From Lama guanicoe (lineage: Eukaryota), in NCBI GenBank assembly GCA_013239625.1, contig MU056000.1:13715175-13779174 (forward strand): 64,000 bases of DNA, read 5' to 3'. Shown here piece after piece: positions 1 through 12,974 of this stretch. The translations under genes and the position numbers were made by a program. Numbering within the stretch: position 1 is the stretch's first letter; each line of letters opens with the position of its first letter. Below the pieces are notes generated by a model. That model was not told the origin of the DNA and ran no database searches. It was given only the letters and a program-made list of their open reading frames with translations.

Positions 1-14
1 TTGTATTGGGTTTC

Positions 15-186
15 ACATTGATGGCTCAAGAAACATCAACTCTATTCATTGACAGAATGTTGATAGCCTCGAATTATCTACAGTGGAAGTATTTACATCA
101 AAGAAATAATAAAATGCCATAAATCAAGGCTTTTATTTCCTTATTTATTTACACCTGGTTGTTAAATATTTACCAGCATACTATTG
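15..186. mobile_element. MER63-like hAT DNA transposon remnant
   Basis: Ends ...ggttgttaaatatttaccagcatactattg, resembling the MER63 terminal inverted repeat. The internal segment is the reverse complement of the copy at 23073-23775. Family name is from recall. Confidence 0.6.
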
Positions 187-689
187 GGTTCATCTACTAA
201 CAAAAACCTAAAATAATATGGCATAATATTTGGGAGATGAGAGACCAAAAAAAAAATGAAATTGGAGTTTGAAAAGTTACAGATTCATGTTGGGAAGTTG
301 AAAAACTGGTAACACTGAAGCCTCTGAAGCCTCTAGATACTGGTGAAGAGCTTTCAAACCTGAAAATAATAGTGTGCAGTGACTGTCATTTGTTATGGAA
401 AAATAGAGATGAGCCAGACAGGAGCTGGCTGGTTTTTGAGCAATAATTGAAAAAAACTAGTTTTTAGAGATTGAAGGCCTTATGAGACTGGAATCACTGC
501 CTGTCTCGATCCATTGAACAATATGGGATAAAATTGAAAAAAAATTTTAGGAACAAAGTAAAACTTCTCATCGGGAAGAAGTGGCTTAGCTTTGCAGGTC
601 CCAGGTGTCCCAGAGTCTGTCCTAAGAGTAAAGTCCAAGCACTTTGTCACGAAATACTCTTCATGTTCTGTTTCCTTCTTTCTTTTCTG

Positions 690-1060
690 GTAGTATTTTT
701 GCCTTTACCTTAACTTCAGCGATTCCAAGCGAGTTTGAGTAAGTGATCTTTTATCATTTCTGGACCTTTGCACTAATAACCCTTCTCTATGGGATGCCCC
801 CCTTTCAACCACAAACTGCTAATACATAGTTATTCTGGGGGCTGCATTAATTGTCTTCTCCAAAATTATTTTTCTGACCATCCATGCACGATTTAGGTAA
901 CCTTGTGACATTATATATATTATATTGAATAGTTGTCTTAAATATTTTTGACACTAGTTTCAGAGTTCCAGAAAGGCTGGACTTGTGCCAAATTTATTGT
1001 TAACCGTAGTGCAGCATGTGTACTAGATATTCAGTAAATAGCTGCTAAATTAAATAATTA
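690..1060 (+). mobile_element. LINE-2 3' end, degraded
   Basis: Typical L2 tail: ...ctagatattcagtaaatagctgctaaattaaataa. Boundaries approximate. Confidence 0.5.
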
Positions 1061-1208
1061 AAGATAACATACATGAAAGTTTTCAAATATATGTTATCAT
1101 TTTCCCATTATTTTAGGATAAGAAAAAAATATTGATCGTGTCCTGCCATTATTTTATAATATAAAAGGAAAAAAGAAACATCAACAATTTATAATTATTA
1201 TAAGCAAT

Positions 1209-2260
1209 TGATTAAGTAGTTAGATAAGTGAAGGCACCAGGCAGATAGGTGGAGGAGAGGGAGGATGGTCTGGAAGGTGGCGTTATGCTCGCCTTCAGCA
1301 TAAAGGGACTTTACTTTTTCTAAATGAGTGCCAGCCAAAAAACTGGTTAAAACCCGACAGCCAGGACGTCACAGTAGCAGAAAGGACTTAACTGGACAGG
1401 ACCCAATGTTTATTGTATTATAATTAACATTGTGGTTTAGGCCCCACCCACACCCCCGACGCCCCTGCCATGGGCTTTTCTGTATACATCATGGGTAAGT
1501 GAAGGAGAATTAATAAAATGGCCACACTTAGGCTAACAAGTTTTTGGCTTTATGCCTACTGCTTGCTTGTAGAACGATCAGCAAACCTGACTGACCAGAC
1601 ACTGCTCCCAGCCCCAGGCCCATTGTTAAAGCTAAAGTTGTTGATACTACTGTTTGATTTTACCTTATTCTGATAATTACAATCATGTTTGGCATTTGAG
1701 TCATTCCCCAGGAAAGGAGGTCACGGACTGATGACCTTCAAGATCACCAGGAGGTCCCATGATACCAAACCGACTCATCAAGATTTAGGAGGAAGTGCCA
1801 GCAGCGACCCTTGCTAATCATGACCATCTTTAATGCTCCCACCTGTTGTCATCACCTGTCATGCTCCAATCTGTTCATCTGTATAATCACTAAGCCCCAA
1901 CCCCAAGACGGGCTCACAGTTTTGAAGGCTTGAGCTTGCTGTGAGTCCCCTTTGCCTGGCAAAGTAATAAAGCTGTCTCTTTTCTTCTAAGCTCTCAGGC
2001 CTTGTCTCGGAATTGTTTGGCTGGTCAGGGATGGACCCAATATTTCAGCAACATAAGGACACACACAGAGGGGCCAAACATGACTAAGCATTCTAGTCAT
2101 GTGGCAAGAGCCACCAATCAATCAAGAGATGACCTCTAAGTGAGGGTGTAAGAGAAGAGGAGACAAAACCCACTGCTTTCCCTCCATTGGATCAGCCCGC
2201 TTCCCATTCCTGGGGGTGTACTTGGGGGTGTAATTAGGGTCTTTACCTTTTAGGGTAACA
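1209..2260 (+). mobile_element. ERV solo LTR (host), interrupted by a second LTR at 1500-2053
   Basis: Starts tgattaagtagttag and ends gggtaaca. With 1500-2057 removed it aligns by eye to the reverse complement of the uninterrupted LTR at 61515-62090 (shared cttacccatgatg...aaaccacaatg..aatta...cattgggtc). Confidence 0.75.
1500..2053 (+). mobile_element. ERV1-type solo LTR, 554 bp
   Basis: TG...CA ends (tgaaggagaa...tcagcaaca), perfect 4-bp TSD TAAG (1496-1499 and 2054-2057), AATAAA at 1966-1971. Confidence 0.85.
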
Positions 2261-3394
2261 ATTGCAAACAGATTAGATTACTTAAATTCCAATAGATAAC
2301 AATTAGCAGGTTTTAAAATGCACATTATCAGGTTCTAATATATTTTTTCTCCTAAATAAATGAATTTGCTCTACTGCTTTATCATAATTGAGGTGAGCAG
2401 AGAAGAAAAGTTTTGCAGAAATACAAGTTCCCTGTGAGTAGTAGTAATTGAATTGCCACTGTGAGTCTTCCACAGCAGATAACAAATCCGTTGGAAATCT
2501 GATTCCATAAAGTTAAGCAATATTTGCTGTGATTTTCATATAAAATCCTTGCAATGCCCAGCTGCTACTTTTTTATTTAATTGTATAATTTGTTTCAGAA
2601 TGAGTTTTTCTTTCATTTTCCACCCAATGTCAATTCTAAAAGCAGTACTCTGAGGTACCAACCATGGTGCAAATCCTGTTCATTTTTAGGCTTTTATTTG
2701 CTACACCAAGTCAAGTTGAAGGAAAAAGAAAAGTATGACTGCATGATAGGATGGCAATATTTATAAAGTATCTGTATTTTATATCACATTCCAAATCATA
2801 CTGAGGAAATGACTATCGTTTGACATTCAGTGGAAATTAAAGAAACTTTCAACAGCATAGAATACTGGTGTTGTTTTGCCCTTCTGTCGAGAATATAGTA
2901 CAGTCACAAAAGAAGAAAAAATAGTTAATTTGGAAATATTTTTTGCAAAGGGATCTGAGAATATAATTTTTAAAAAATTTTTGGGCATTTTAAAATTAAC
3001 TTTGGGCAGTTTTGGTCATTAAAATTAGTTTTTATCTTTTACTAATATAATATACATATCACTTTCTAGTATCTATTTTAAGTAATCCTAATACACACAT
3101 ACACACCTCCTCAAACACACACACAGACCCTCATAGACATGCAAACACACAACGATACACACATGGATGTAAATACATGTTCCATAAACAAAATTAAATG
3201 ATGCATTAAATAATGTACAATATGAATTTTGCTTCCAAAGGTAATTGTGAATGTTGCAAATAGTCTAAAGGCCACTCATTGCATGCAATCAATCAATCAA
3301 TCAAAATAAAAATAAAAAATAAAAAATTCTTACATTGATGTAATACTTAAAAGTTCAGGTCTTTTTTTTTTTCAATACTTTTCTTTTTTTTTTA
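1736..3394 (+). repeat. Tandem duplication copy A (lacks about 385 bp present in copy B)
   Basis: Near-identical to 3395-5434. The ORF track shows twin peptides (2303-2485 vs 4342-4530; 2581-2766 vs 4620-4805). Confidence 0.95.
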
Positions 3395-5434
3395 CTTCAA
3401 GATCACCAGGAGGTCCCATGATACCAAACCGACTCATCAAGATTTAGGAGGAAGTGCCAGCAGCGACCCTTGCTAATCATGACCATCTTTAATGCTCCCA
3501 CCTGTTGTCATCACCTGTCATGCTCCAATCTGTTCATCTGTATAATCACTAAGCCCCAACCCCAAGACGGGCTCACAGTTTTGAAGGCTTGAGCTTGCTG
3601 TGAGTCCCCTTTGCCTGGCAAAGTAATAAAGCTGTCTCTTTTCTTCTAAGCTCTCAGGCCTTGTCTCGGAATTGTTTGGCTGGTCAGGGATGGACCCAAT
3701 ATTTCAGCAACATAAGGACACACACAGAGGGGCCAAACATGACTAAGCATTCTAGGGGCAAGAGCCACCAATCAATCAAGAGTTGACCTCTAAGTGAGGG
3801 TGTAAGAGAAGAGGAGACAAAACCCACTGCTTTCCCTCCATTGGATCAGCCCGCTTCCCATTCCTGGGGGTGTACTTGGGGGTGTAATTAGGGTCTTTAC
3901 CTTTTGGGGTAACAATTGCAAACAGATTCAGATTTCAGAAATGGTAAACTTAAAAAATAAAGGTTGTTTAGAATCAAGCTGTTACTAATATCAGGATTGC
4001 CTCCCCCTCCATAAAAGGAAAGGAATGAGCTTTACTCAACAAATATAGAATCTAATTTTATATGCTCTCCTTTCAAATAAAAGAAAAGCAGTTCATGTTA
4101 GAAAATATAAGTACTTATAGCAACACTAACATAAAAATATTTCAAATCAGAAGTATATCAAAGATGCTGATAAGTTATCTTTGTAATCATTTATACATTG
4201 CAAATACATGAAGTATATATTACATTCAACTAATCTTAAGCGAATGTTTACATTTCAATGCCATTTGAACAATGAGCAGTTTGAATGTATTGAATTTTAA
4301 ATTCATACATAATACACTGCTTAAATTCCAATAGATAACAATTAGCAGGTTTTAAAATGCACATTATCAGGTTCTAATATATTTTTTCTCCTAAATAAAT
4401 GAATTTGCTCTACTGCTTTATCATAATTGAGGTGAGCAGAGAAGAAAAGTTTTGCAGAAATACAAGTTCCCTGTGAGTAGTAGTAATTGAATTGCCACTG
4501 TGAGTCTTCCACAGCAGATAACAAATCCATTGGAAATCTGATTCCATAAAGTTAAGCAATATTTGCTGTGATTTTCATATAAAATCCTTGCAATGCCCAG
4601 CTGCTACTTTTTTATTTAATTGTATAATTTGTTTCAGAATGAGTTTTTCTTTCATTTTCCACCCAATGTCAATTCTAAAAGCAGTACTCCGAGGTACCAA
4701 CCATGGTGCAAATCCTGTTCATTTTTAGGCTTTTATTTGCTACACCAAGTCAAGTTGAAGGAAAAAGAAAAGTATGACTGCATGATAGGATGGCAATATT
4801 TATAAAGTATCTGTATTTTATATCACATTCCAAATCATACTGAGGAAATGACTATCGTTTGACATTCAGTGGAAATTAAAGAAACTTTCAACAGCATAGA
4901 ATACTGGTGTTGTTTTGCCCTTCTGTCGAGAATATAGGTCAGTCACAAAAGAAGAAAAAATAGTTAATTTGGAAATATTTTTTGCAAAGGGATCTGAGAA
5001 TATAATTTTTAAAAAATTTTTGGGCATTTTAAAATTAACTTTGGGCAGTTTTGGTCATTAAAATTAGTTTTTATCTTTTACTAATATAATATACATATCA
5101 CTTTCTAGTATCTATTTTAAGTAATCCTAATACACACATACACACCTCCTCAAACACACACACAGACCCTCATAGACATGCAAACACACAACGATACACA
5201 CATGGATGTAAATACATGTTCCATAAACAAAATTAAATGATGCATTAAATAATGTACAATATGAATTTTGCTTCCAAAGGTAATTGTGAATGTTGCAAAT
5301 AGTCTAAAGGCCACTCATTGCATGCAATCAATCAATCAATCAAAATAAAAATAAAAAATAAAAAATTCTTACATTGATGTAATACTTAAAAGTTCAGGTC
5401 TTTTTTTTTTTCAATACTTTTCTTTTTTTTTTTA
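3395..5434 (+). repeat. Tandem duplication copy B
   Basis: Starts cttcaagatcaccagg (same as 1736), runs through the 3' parts of both LTRs and unique DNA, and ends in the poly(T) tail of the L1. Confidence 0.95.
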
Positions 5435-6575
5435 AATTTTTTATTGATTTATAATCATTTTACAATGTTGTGTCAAGTTCCAGTGTTCAGCACAATTTTT
5501 CAGTCATTCATGGACATATACACACTCATTGTCACATTTTTTTCTCTGTGAATTATCATAACATTTTGTGTATATTTCCCTGTGCTATACAGTGTAATCT
5601 TGTTTATCTATTCTACAATTTTGAAATCCCAGTCCATCCCTTCCCACCCTCCACCCCCCTGGCAACCACAAGTCTGTATTCTCTGTCTGTGAGTCTATTT
5701 CTGTCCTGTATTTATGCTTTGTTTTTGTTTGTTTGTTTTTGTTTTTGTTTTTTAGATTCCACATATGAGCGATCTCATATGGTATTTTTCTTTCTCTTTC
5801 TGGCTTCCTTCACTTGGAGTGACATTCTCCAGGAGCATCCATGTTGCTGCAAGTGGCGTTATGTTGTCGGTTTTTATGGCTGAGTAGTATTCCATTGTAT
5901 AAATATACCACCTCTTCTTTATCCAGTCACCTGTTGATGGACATTTAGGCTGTTTCCATGTTTTGACTATTGTAAATAGTGCTGCTATGAACATTGGGGT
6001 GCAGGTGTCACCATGAAGTAGGGTTCCTTCTGGGTACAAGCCCAGGAGTGGGATTCCTGGGTCATATGGTAAGTCTATTCCTAGTCTTTTGAGGAATCTC
6101 CACACTGTTTTCCATAGTGGCTGCACCAAACTGCATTCCCACCAGCAGTGTAGGAGGGTTCCCCTTTCTCCACAGCCTCTCCAGCATTTGTCATTTGTGG
6201 ATTTTTGAATGACGGCCATTCTGACTGGTGTGAGGTGATACCTCATTGTAGTTTTGATTTGCATTTCTCTGATAATTAGTGATATTGAGCATTTTTTCAT
6301 GTGCTTTTTGATCATTTGTATGTCTTCCTTGGAGAATTGCTTGTTTAGGTCTTCTGCCCATTTTTGGATTGGGTTGTTTATTTTTTTCTTATTGAGTCGT
6401 ATGAGCTGCTTATATATTTTGGAGATCAAGCCTTTGTCGGTTTCACTTGCAAAAATTTTCTCCCATTCCGTAGGTTTTCTTCTTGTTTTACTTCTGGTTT
6501 CCTTTGCTGTGCAGAAGCTTGTAAGTTTCATTAGGTCCCATTTGTTTATTCTTGCTTTTATTTCTTCTAGGAGAA
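5404..6575 (-). mobile_element. Young 5'-truncated LINE-1 (ORF2 C-terminus, 3'UTR, poly(A))
   Basis: Perfect 17-bp TSD taaaagttcaggtcttt at 5387-5403 and 6576-6592, poly(T) on the + strand, uninterrupted ORF2 frame. Confidence 0.97.
5752..6531 (-). pseudogene. ORF2: LINE-1 ORF2p C-terminal fragment (259 aa), non-autonomous
   Basis: Canonical L1 ORF2 motifs [26 protein letters not shown], the CCHC knuckle [27 protein letters not shown] and [12 protein letters not shown]. Endonuclease and RT core are absent. Confidence 0.97.
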
Positions 6576-9500
6576 TAAAAGTTCAGGTCTTTATATTTTT
6601 CAGAGTTGGTTATAATTTGGTGGTGCAAATTGCTTCCATCAAATTCCTTGTTTAAGTATCTAGGTGTATAAGCTATGAATACTTACTATATATATTAGTC
6701 TCTAAGTGTAAATGTGTAGCAGCTGGTTAAACGTATTACAGGAATAAGTGTGGGATAGGGCCTTTGTAACACAGAAGGTGTTAAAACATTAAGGAGACAG
6801 GTCTTACTGGCCAGATTCCAATATCTGTGGAGTTGTGATCACATAACACACGGGACTATAGCTCAAGTAAAATCACTATATATGTAAAATAGCCTTTCAG
6901 CCCAGAGTGGAGAGGTTTAATCTGGGACCGTGTGCTACATCAGATTCCATTTGATGCCTTGTCCACCAAACTGCCTGCAGTAATAAGCTGTCCATTTTAA
7001 TTGAAATGAAGCAAAACATTATCAAGTAAGGAAGAATTCTTTATTAAATGTTAATTCAGGGTTTTAAGACAGCTGATTAAATCATATTTAGCAAAGAGTA
7101 GAACTATGTGGAAATGAGTGTTGTGCAAGTATGCAGAGGAGCTAAGGAGCTCCCCATAGCAGGGGACATTGATTATAAAGGAAACTTGTACAATCTTAGT
7201 TAAATAAATCATAAATGAAAATTCAAAACAGATAAGAGGTGGCATAGTGCATGGTCAGTTTTGCTTATAGAAAGATTTTTGTTCAAATAGACTAATAAGG
7301 AAGGATTATAATAAACTGCAAAACTTGTATTTTTTATGGAAATATCTTTGCATGAAAGTTTGAATAATCAGGCAACGTATAAACAAGTATAGACAATTGG
7401 GAGCAACACTTCAATATTTAATACATAAAGTATTCAAACATAAGCATTTCTAGTCACCAAAATACATTTTGCAATTTTTCAATAATTATCTAAAATATTT
7501 TTTTATTGTATCACACATAAATTTTTAAAAATCTTATCTGAATTCTGTAAAGAACTATATCAATTTAAAATAGGCTAAATTCAGCTCACAATCTAGCTGT
7601 ATATTAGCAAAGAAATCCACATGGAATGTATATATAACTATAAAATTTGTAAGTTTGACGCTTTTGATACAAAACTACTTTTAATACAAATCTACTTGTT
7701 AGTATCAGTCTCCAGATACCTGACTGGACCAACCAGATGTAAAAAAAAAATAATACAAATTATGTGATTCTTTGGCTATAACTTATGGAAAGATATATGC
7801 AAATGAAGACAAGGTGGCAATTATCGGAATCAGAATGACTGATACTGTAGAGTGACTCCTAATTAAGATAACCTAAAGCTGGCTGAAATAAAGAGGGACA
7901 TTTGATTCGCACAATTAGAACAGTGGTTTCCTCACTGGGCTAATACTCCAGAGTTACTTTCCCGGGAAACATTTTGCTGAAGACAGAAGGAATCAGAGAA
8001 TAGAAAATTCCTTTTCTTTTTTTCTTTAATACTATCCCACAAGATCCCAACCATAAAGGATGTTTGGATTTCTGGCACCTTAAGTATTTTTATTTTCCTT
8101 TTTCCTCTCTTAGAATATTGCTTATTGATCTTTAGAATCCAAAGAACATGGGTAATCATAATAGTTACTAACTTAGCAACGCTGTAGGTGAAAATGATTC
8201 CCTGTTAAATGAGAATCGAAAGACAACGTTTATGATTCTTCTTGGACGATATTCACTCACTGAATAACAGTAATTGTTATAGAAGTTCTCCTAAAAGAAT
8301 CTGACTTCAGTCATCTAAGATTTTCTTATAAATATAAATAATGTAGAGAATGGACTAAGTACAGTATGGAAAACAGATTTTGTTTTCTCTAATCTCTAAT
8401 TTCTTCCAATATGTTAGCTGTTTAACTCTTTCTCCAACCCTTAACTATATCCAGGGTAGTCTCCATATTGGTTTGCTAATTTTTATGTTTTAGCTGTAAG
8501 AATTATCTAATTTTCTCTACATCCAACTATCTAAAAATTTTACCCCACGTCCAGTTAAAAGTCGCTCTCATCTCTCCAAGCTCAGGGACCAGCAGAGGAA
8601 TTTTGTAAATAGTAAATCAAAGTTAACATGGTTAAGTCATTACATATGTATAATGGCACCATATACACGTATAAAGGCTTCAGTATGTCTTACCTAATCT
8701 GCCCAAAATTGTTTACATGAACTCAATAGACTTTCAAAGAAAACATTGTAAGTAAATATCATTAATCAACAAAATGATATTTGGCTAGTGTGAATTTAGC
8801 ATTAATATACCACAGACTAGCATTCTTTCGTATATGTTGCTATTATATGATACAGTGGAAAGAGAATTGATGTACATATCTTAAATTCTGAGCTGTAGAT
8901 ACATCATTTAGAAAATGGGGCATTTGGACTTTCTTTGTAATTTTGAAAGTTCCTTCAAAAAGATTGCTCTTTAAATGATATTTTGTAGCTATTAAACTTT
9001 ATTTTAAATAATCATTTTTCTACCGTATACTAAGTTTATTTTTTGTATTAATGTATTTCAAAACTTTCCCTGTAACTCTGGTGGTTGAGAACAGTGCTTA
9101 CTTTTAACTGCCTCCTTTTACTGCTTTGTTTTTTTCTCTGATGTTGAGTTAATGCAACTGATGAAATGACAAAAAATCAATCTTTTCAACCCAAAGAAGT
9201 TCTTAAATTTCTTCCAATAATCAGTAATCCCTGGGTTTCTGCCTTATTGATAGAACATCTCCTATGACCTGACTCAACCTCCTGACTCCCAGAAAGAGAA
9301 CAGAGACACAGGTTTATTTTCCACCAAAAGTGCTCCTGGCAATAAATAATGCCAACTTCATTGAAAATGATAATGAAATCACTCATTTAAATTTAGGAAA
9401 TAAAGTGATTGACAATGATCACCCTTTAATTAAAGTTTAACATCTTGTAACAAATCTGATTGGGATCAATACAACAGAGCAGTCTTTCTTGATATATTTA

Positions 9501-11764
9501 TCCCACTTTGCTGCCTTTATATGGCATTTATAATGTTCCCTGTTTATATGCTGTTAGAATTGTGTGGGATGGGTTTGCCTGAATTCCAATGAGGATTTTT
9601 GTTTTTAATTTCCATTTTTAAGTCCTTTGATCAGCACTTGACACACAGTGTACTGATCTAGGAATAAGAGTTTCATCCTATGAAAAGCTATCTGAGTAGA
9701 TATTAAAGAACATATTCATAGTTAATGCTGGTAACGCATAACCAGATTAAATGTAGCCTATGATCATATTCAAGTCAGCACACTATAATTTAAAACAAAG
9801 TGAACAATAAATGTCTACGATCAAGAAGAAACTTGAGAATAAAAAAAAATCATTACTCTTGGTTGATAGTTTTGTGCCTTTCTACTTTTAATTTAATAAG
9901 ATCTAAAATATGAACCTACTTTTAAGGTTATTTGAGATAAATGATTTTCATAACCAGTCATGACAAAGAGAAAAACTACATGCAATCCTGATCATTTTTT
10001 AATTCAAACTACATAAGAATCTATTGTCACTAAAACATGAGGAATAATAGATTTTTCTATTATAGCAACTGCAAGTAAAATAAAAGTCAAAATAAATCTA
10101 GTAGTTTCATACTCTAAATGGACCTACACATTAAGTCCTTATTAATAATGTGTAACAGATAAATTTTAAGTCAAAATTTGAATGCTTTCCTTGCAGTAAA
10201 ACAGCTAAAAGGGAGTATAAGCCTTTATTTGGTGGTAATAGTATTAGAAATTAAGTTCTATTATTTTTCTTTTTAGGATTAAAATAGTCATACCCATGGA
10301 CAGGCAAATTCCACTTCAGATATCTATTCCAGACATTCAGCTTAATTTACACTAAAACAATGATTAAGACAATCAAATTAGGAAGTTTGTGGCTCAGCTG
10401 TCTTTTGACTGTCTTCCCAACCAAGGAAATTAGGAAGACTTAATGTAAAGACAAAACTATCAAAACAAAATGAACTCTGGAATGTCAGTTCGTTGTCTTA
10501 CATACAAGGTCTTTAATAGCATCTCCATGTAAGTTTCATTTTTAGTTTTTAATTTACTCAAATAATATTCTTCAAATATATTTTCTTTTAAATAAGACAT
10601 CTGAAGCCACCTAATATTTATTTCTATTAATGTCTTTTTAGAATACATTGGATTTATACTATGATTGATACTATGATTGATAGAAACTAAAAATTATCAA
10701 CAACACATGTAATTTATTTTATATGTATTACTATATTAGATAAAGCACAAAGAATGCTTTATGCCCTTTTAATTTCAGAAATAACACTTCTAAAATGTAT
10801 TTGTTAAGTTTTTTTCCTCTTTTTGAGGGTTGTAATTTTTTCTTCCTATTCCAATTTGTTGTTTAGAACAGAACACATATTTCACACTCATGCTTCTAAG
10901 TTGGGTAATTTTTCCTCTATCCTGGAGGCTTTCCAGATTCTTTATATCCCCCGTCCCAGACAATATTCTCCAAGATAAAAGTTTGGCACAAGAACTTCAG
11001 CATAGAATTTGAGTTCCACTTTTTTTTTTTAACTTGAGTCATCTTTATCTTCTAGTCCATCCAGAACAGAAATGGTGTTCTTGTGCAGAAGGACTTATGA
11101 TTTAACAGGTTTTAACAACTCATTTACCTGCAGATCTAGAGAAACATTCTTCCATTAGTTTTATCAGTGCAAATATAGTATTTTGTTTTCATCCACTTGT
11201 CTCTTCTGACTTCTTTCTTCAGTTTTTAGGTTATTCTATTGCTTCTGTCATTTAAAAATTGCATGTCCTACATGATTTTGAGAGTTACCTCCATAGTCAT
11301 TGCTATGACTTGTAAATTGTATTTAAATCCTACTGATATCTGTCAATTTTTATGGCTCAAAGGTAGTTACAAATATATTTGAACATTTCCCTGGTGATAT
11401 AAACATATATTCTAATAGATTGTATTAGTAAAATAATTATTTGACAATTATTTACTTCTAATTTATTTTATTGTGAACAGTTATATATGTTATTTGACAT
11501 TTCTCAACTCTTTGATTGTTTAACATATTTAGTTTTTAGCTAACTCTTTATCACTTAAATTTTATTTCTGTAATATTCTCTAATATATAAAAATAAAGTC
11601 TGTTTATTTTTTAAATAATATTTTCAAGTATTAATATGTTTTAACTTATTTTTCTATGTAAACATTGAAATAACCAGTTGCATTCAATAATGTATATATT
11701 TTCCTTTATTTTTTCTTTCTGCTTTTTTATTTCTTTGTTTCATTTCTGCTTTCTCTCATTTTTA

Positions 11765-11925
11765 AAAATATTGATTGACTGCCTATAACATCCCACATCA
11801 TGATGTAGGCAGCTGAGAGGCAATAATAAAAAATTCTAAAGCCTCTTCCTTCTAGGAGCTTTATCTCTGATAGAAAAGGAAGTTCAATTGGGGGACATTA
11901 TGGAAGGTCTTGAATGCCTGAAACT
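11765..11925 (-). mobile_element. LINE-2 fragment
   Basis: tattgattgactgcctat...ggagctttatctct and ggaaggtcttgaatgcc resemble antisense L2 3' sequence. Confidence 0.45.
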
Positions 11926-12974
11926 TGATTTCGCTGGAGGTTTGGAATCATTTGTGGAATATATCAAAACCAAGCCCATCATACTCAGAGTCAATGGGCA
12001 GGATCAGCAGCACCTACTTCACATGCAAGGACATTGGTTTAAGAGTCCATCTCAGCCATCTCCGTGATTCTTCCCTCCACCCATCCCACTCTCCATGCCT
12101 GTTATAGCCACCAAGTCAAACACCCTGAGGAAAACCAGCCTTGCCCAGAGCATGTGCAGGTATGATCTTCTCATTTGGTTTGAGATCAGTGGACCCGAGT
12201 CTGTTGGAAAGTGTACCCCAGCTATGGCTGACTATACAACAGGCTTGCCTTGCTAAAGGGCAATTTGCTCCACCATGAGATTCAGCAAAAGATGACAGTG
12301 ACTGTTACCTAAGAGAAGGGAATAATCTCCATGGAAAGACACTGGTGAACTGACGGCAGGATTAGGAACAAGGCTGAGGTGGATAAAGCTTCAGTCAATG
12401 CCATCCTCTCCCTGCATGTCATCTCTGCCAAGAAACTGAAGTCTTCACCAAACACTAGCAGGTGGGGTGCCATAAAAAGTATGTTGAGTCAGCCCTGTGA
12501 GGGCTGTTTTTCACACCATTAAATTCCTTGTTCAATGACTCCTGTTCAGATAAAGAAACAAATTCCCTTCTCACTTCAAAAATCTCTCTCAGTTTTGAGG
12601 GAAAAATACAGCTTCTGTATGACTGGATTGCATAACATGCCTTGGCCTCACATTGTACCAGATTACAGCTTAATGAAGTCATCTCTAATTCTAAGCTTTC
12701 ATCTTCTTATCAAACATTTGGGATACACACACCATACAGAACAATTGTTGGAGAACCTAACAACTGTAGAGATTGTTACAATATTTTGGAAAAAGTCATG
12801 CTGTAAAAATTTTTCAACTTTCACAATATTTAAAGTTACTTCCTGTTTATGAAAATAAATAAATACATATAAACATAATACCTAAATAAATAAATACAGA
12901 AACAAATATGCACATACATAACATACGTTACTGAGGAAGAAAAAAACTATAGAGGGAGGCAGACAAAAGTTTGG

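Noticed and set aside
2303..4805. Paired near-identical short ORFs (2303-2485/4342-4530 and 2581-2766/4620-4805) resembling a duplicated two-gene module
   Set aside because: They are chance ORFs of about 60 aa in AT-rich DNA, repeated only because of the tandem duplication, with no recognisable domain.
5470..6655. Plus-strand ORFs 5470-5883 and 6254-6655 (also 41102-41444 and 60732-61037)
   Set aside because: These are antisense frames of LINE-1 ORF2 or 3'UTR, a well-known artefact.
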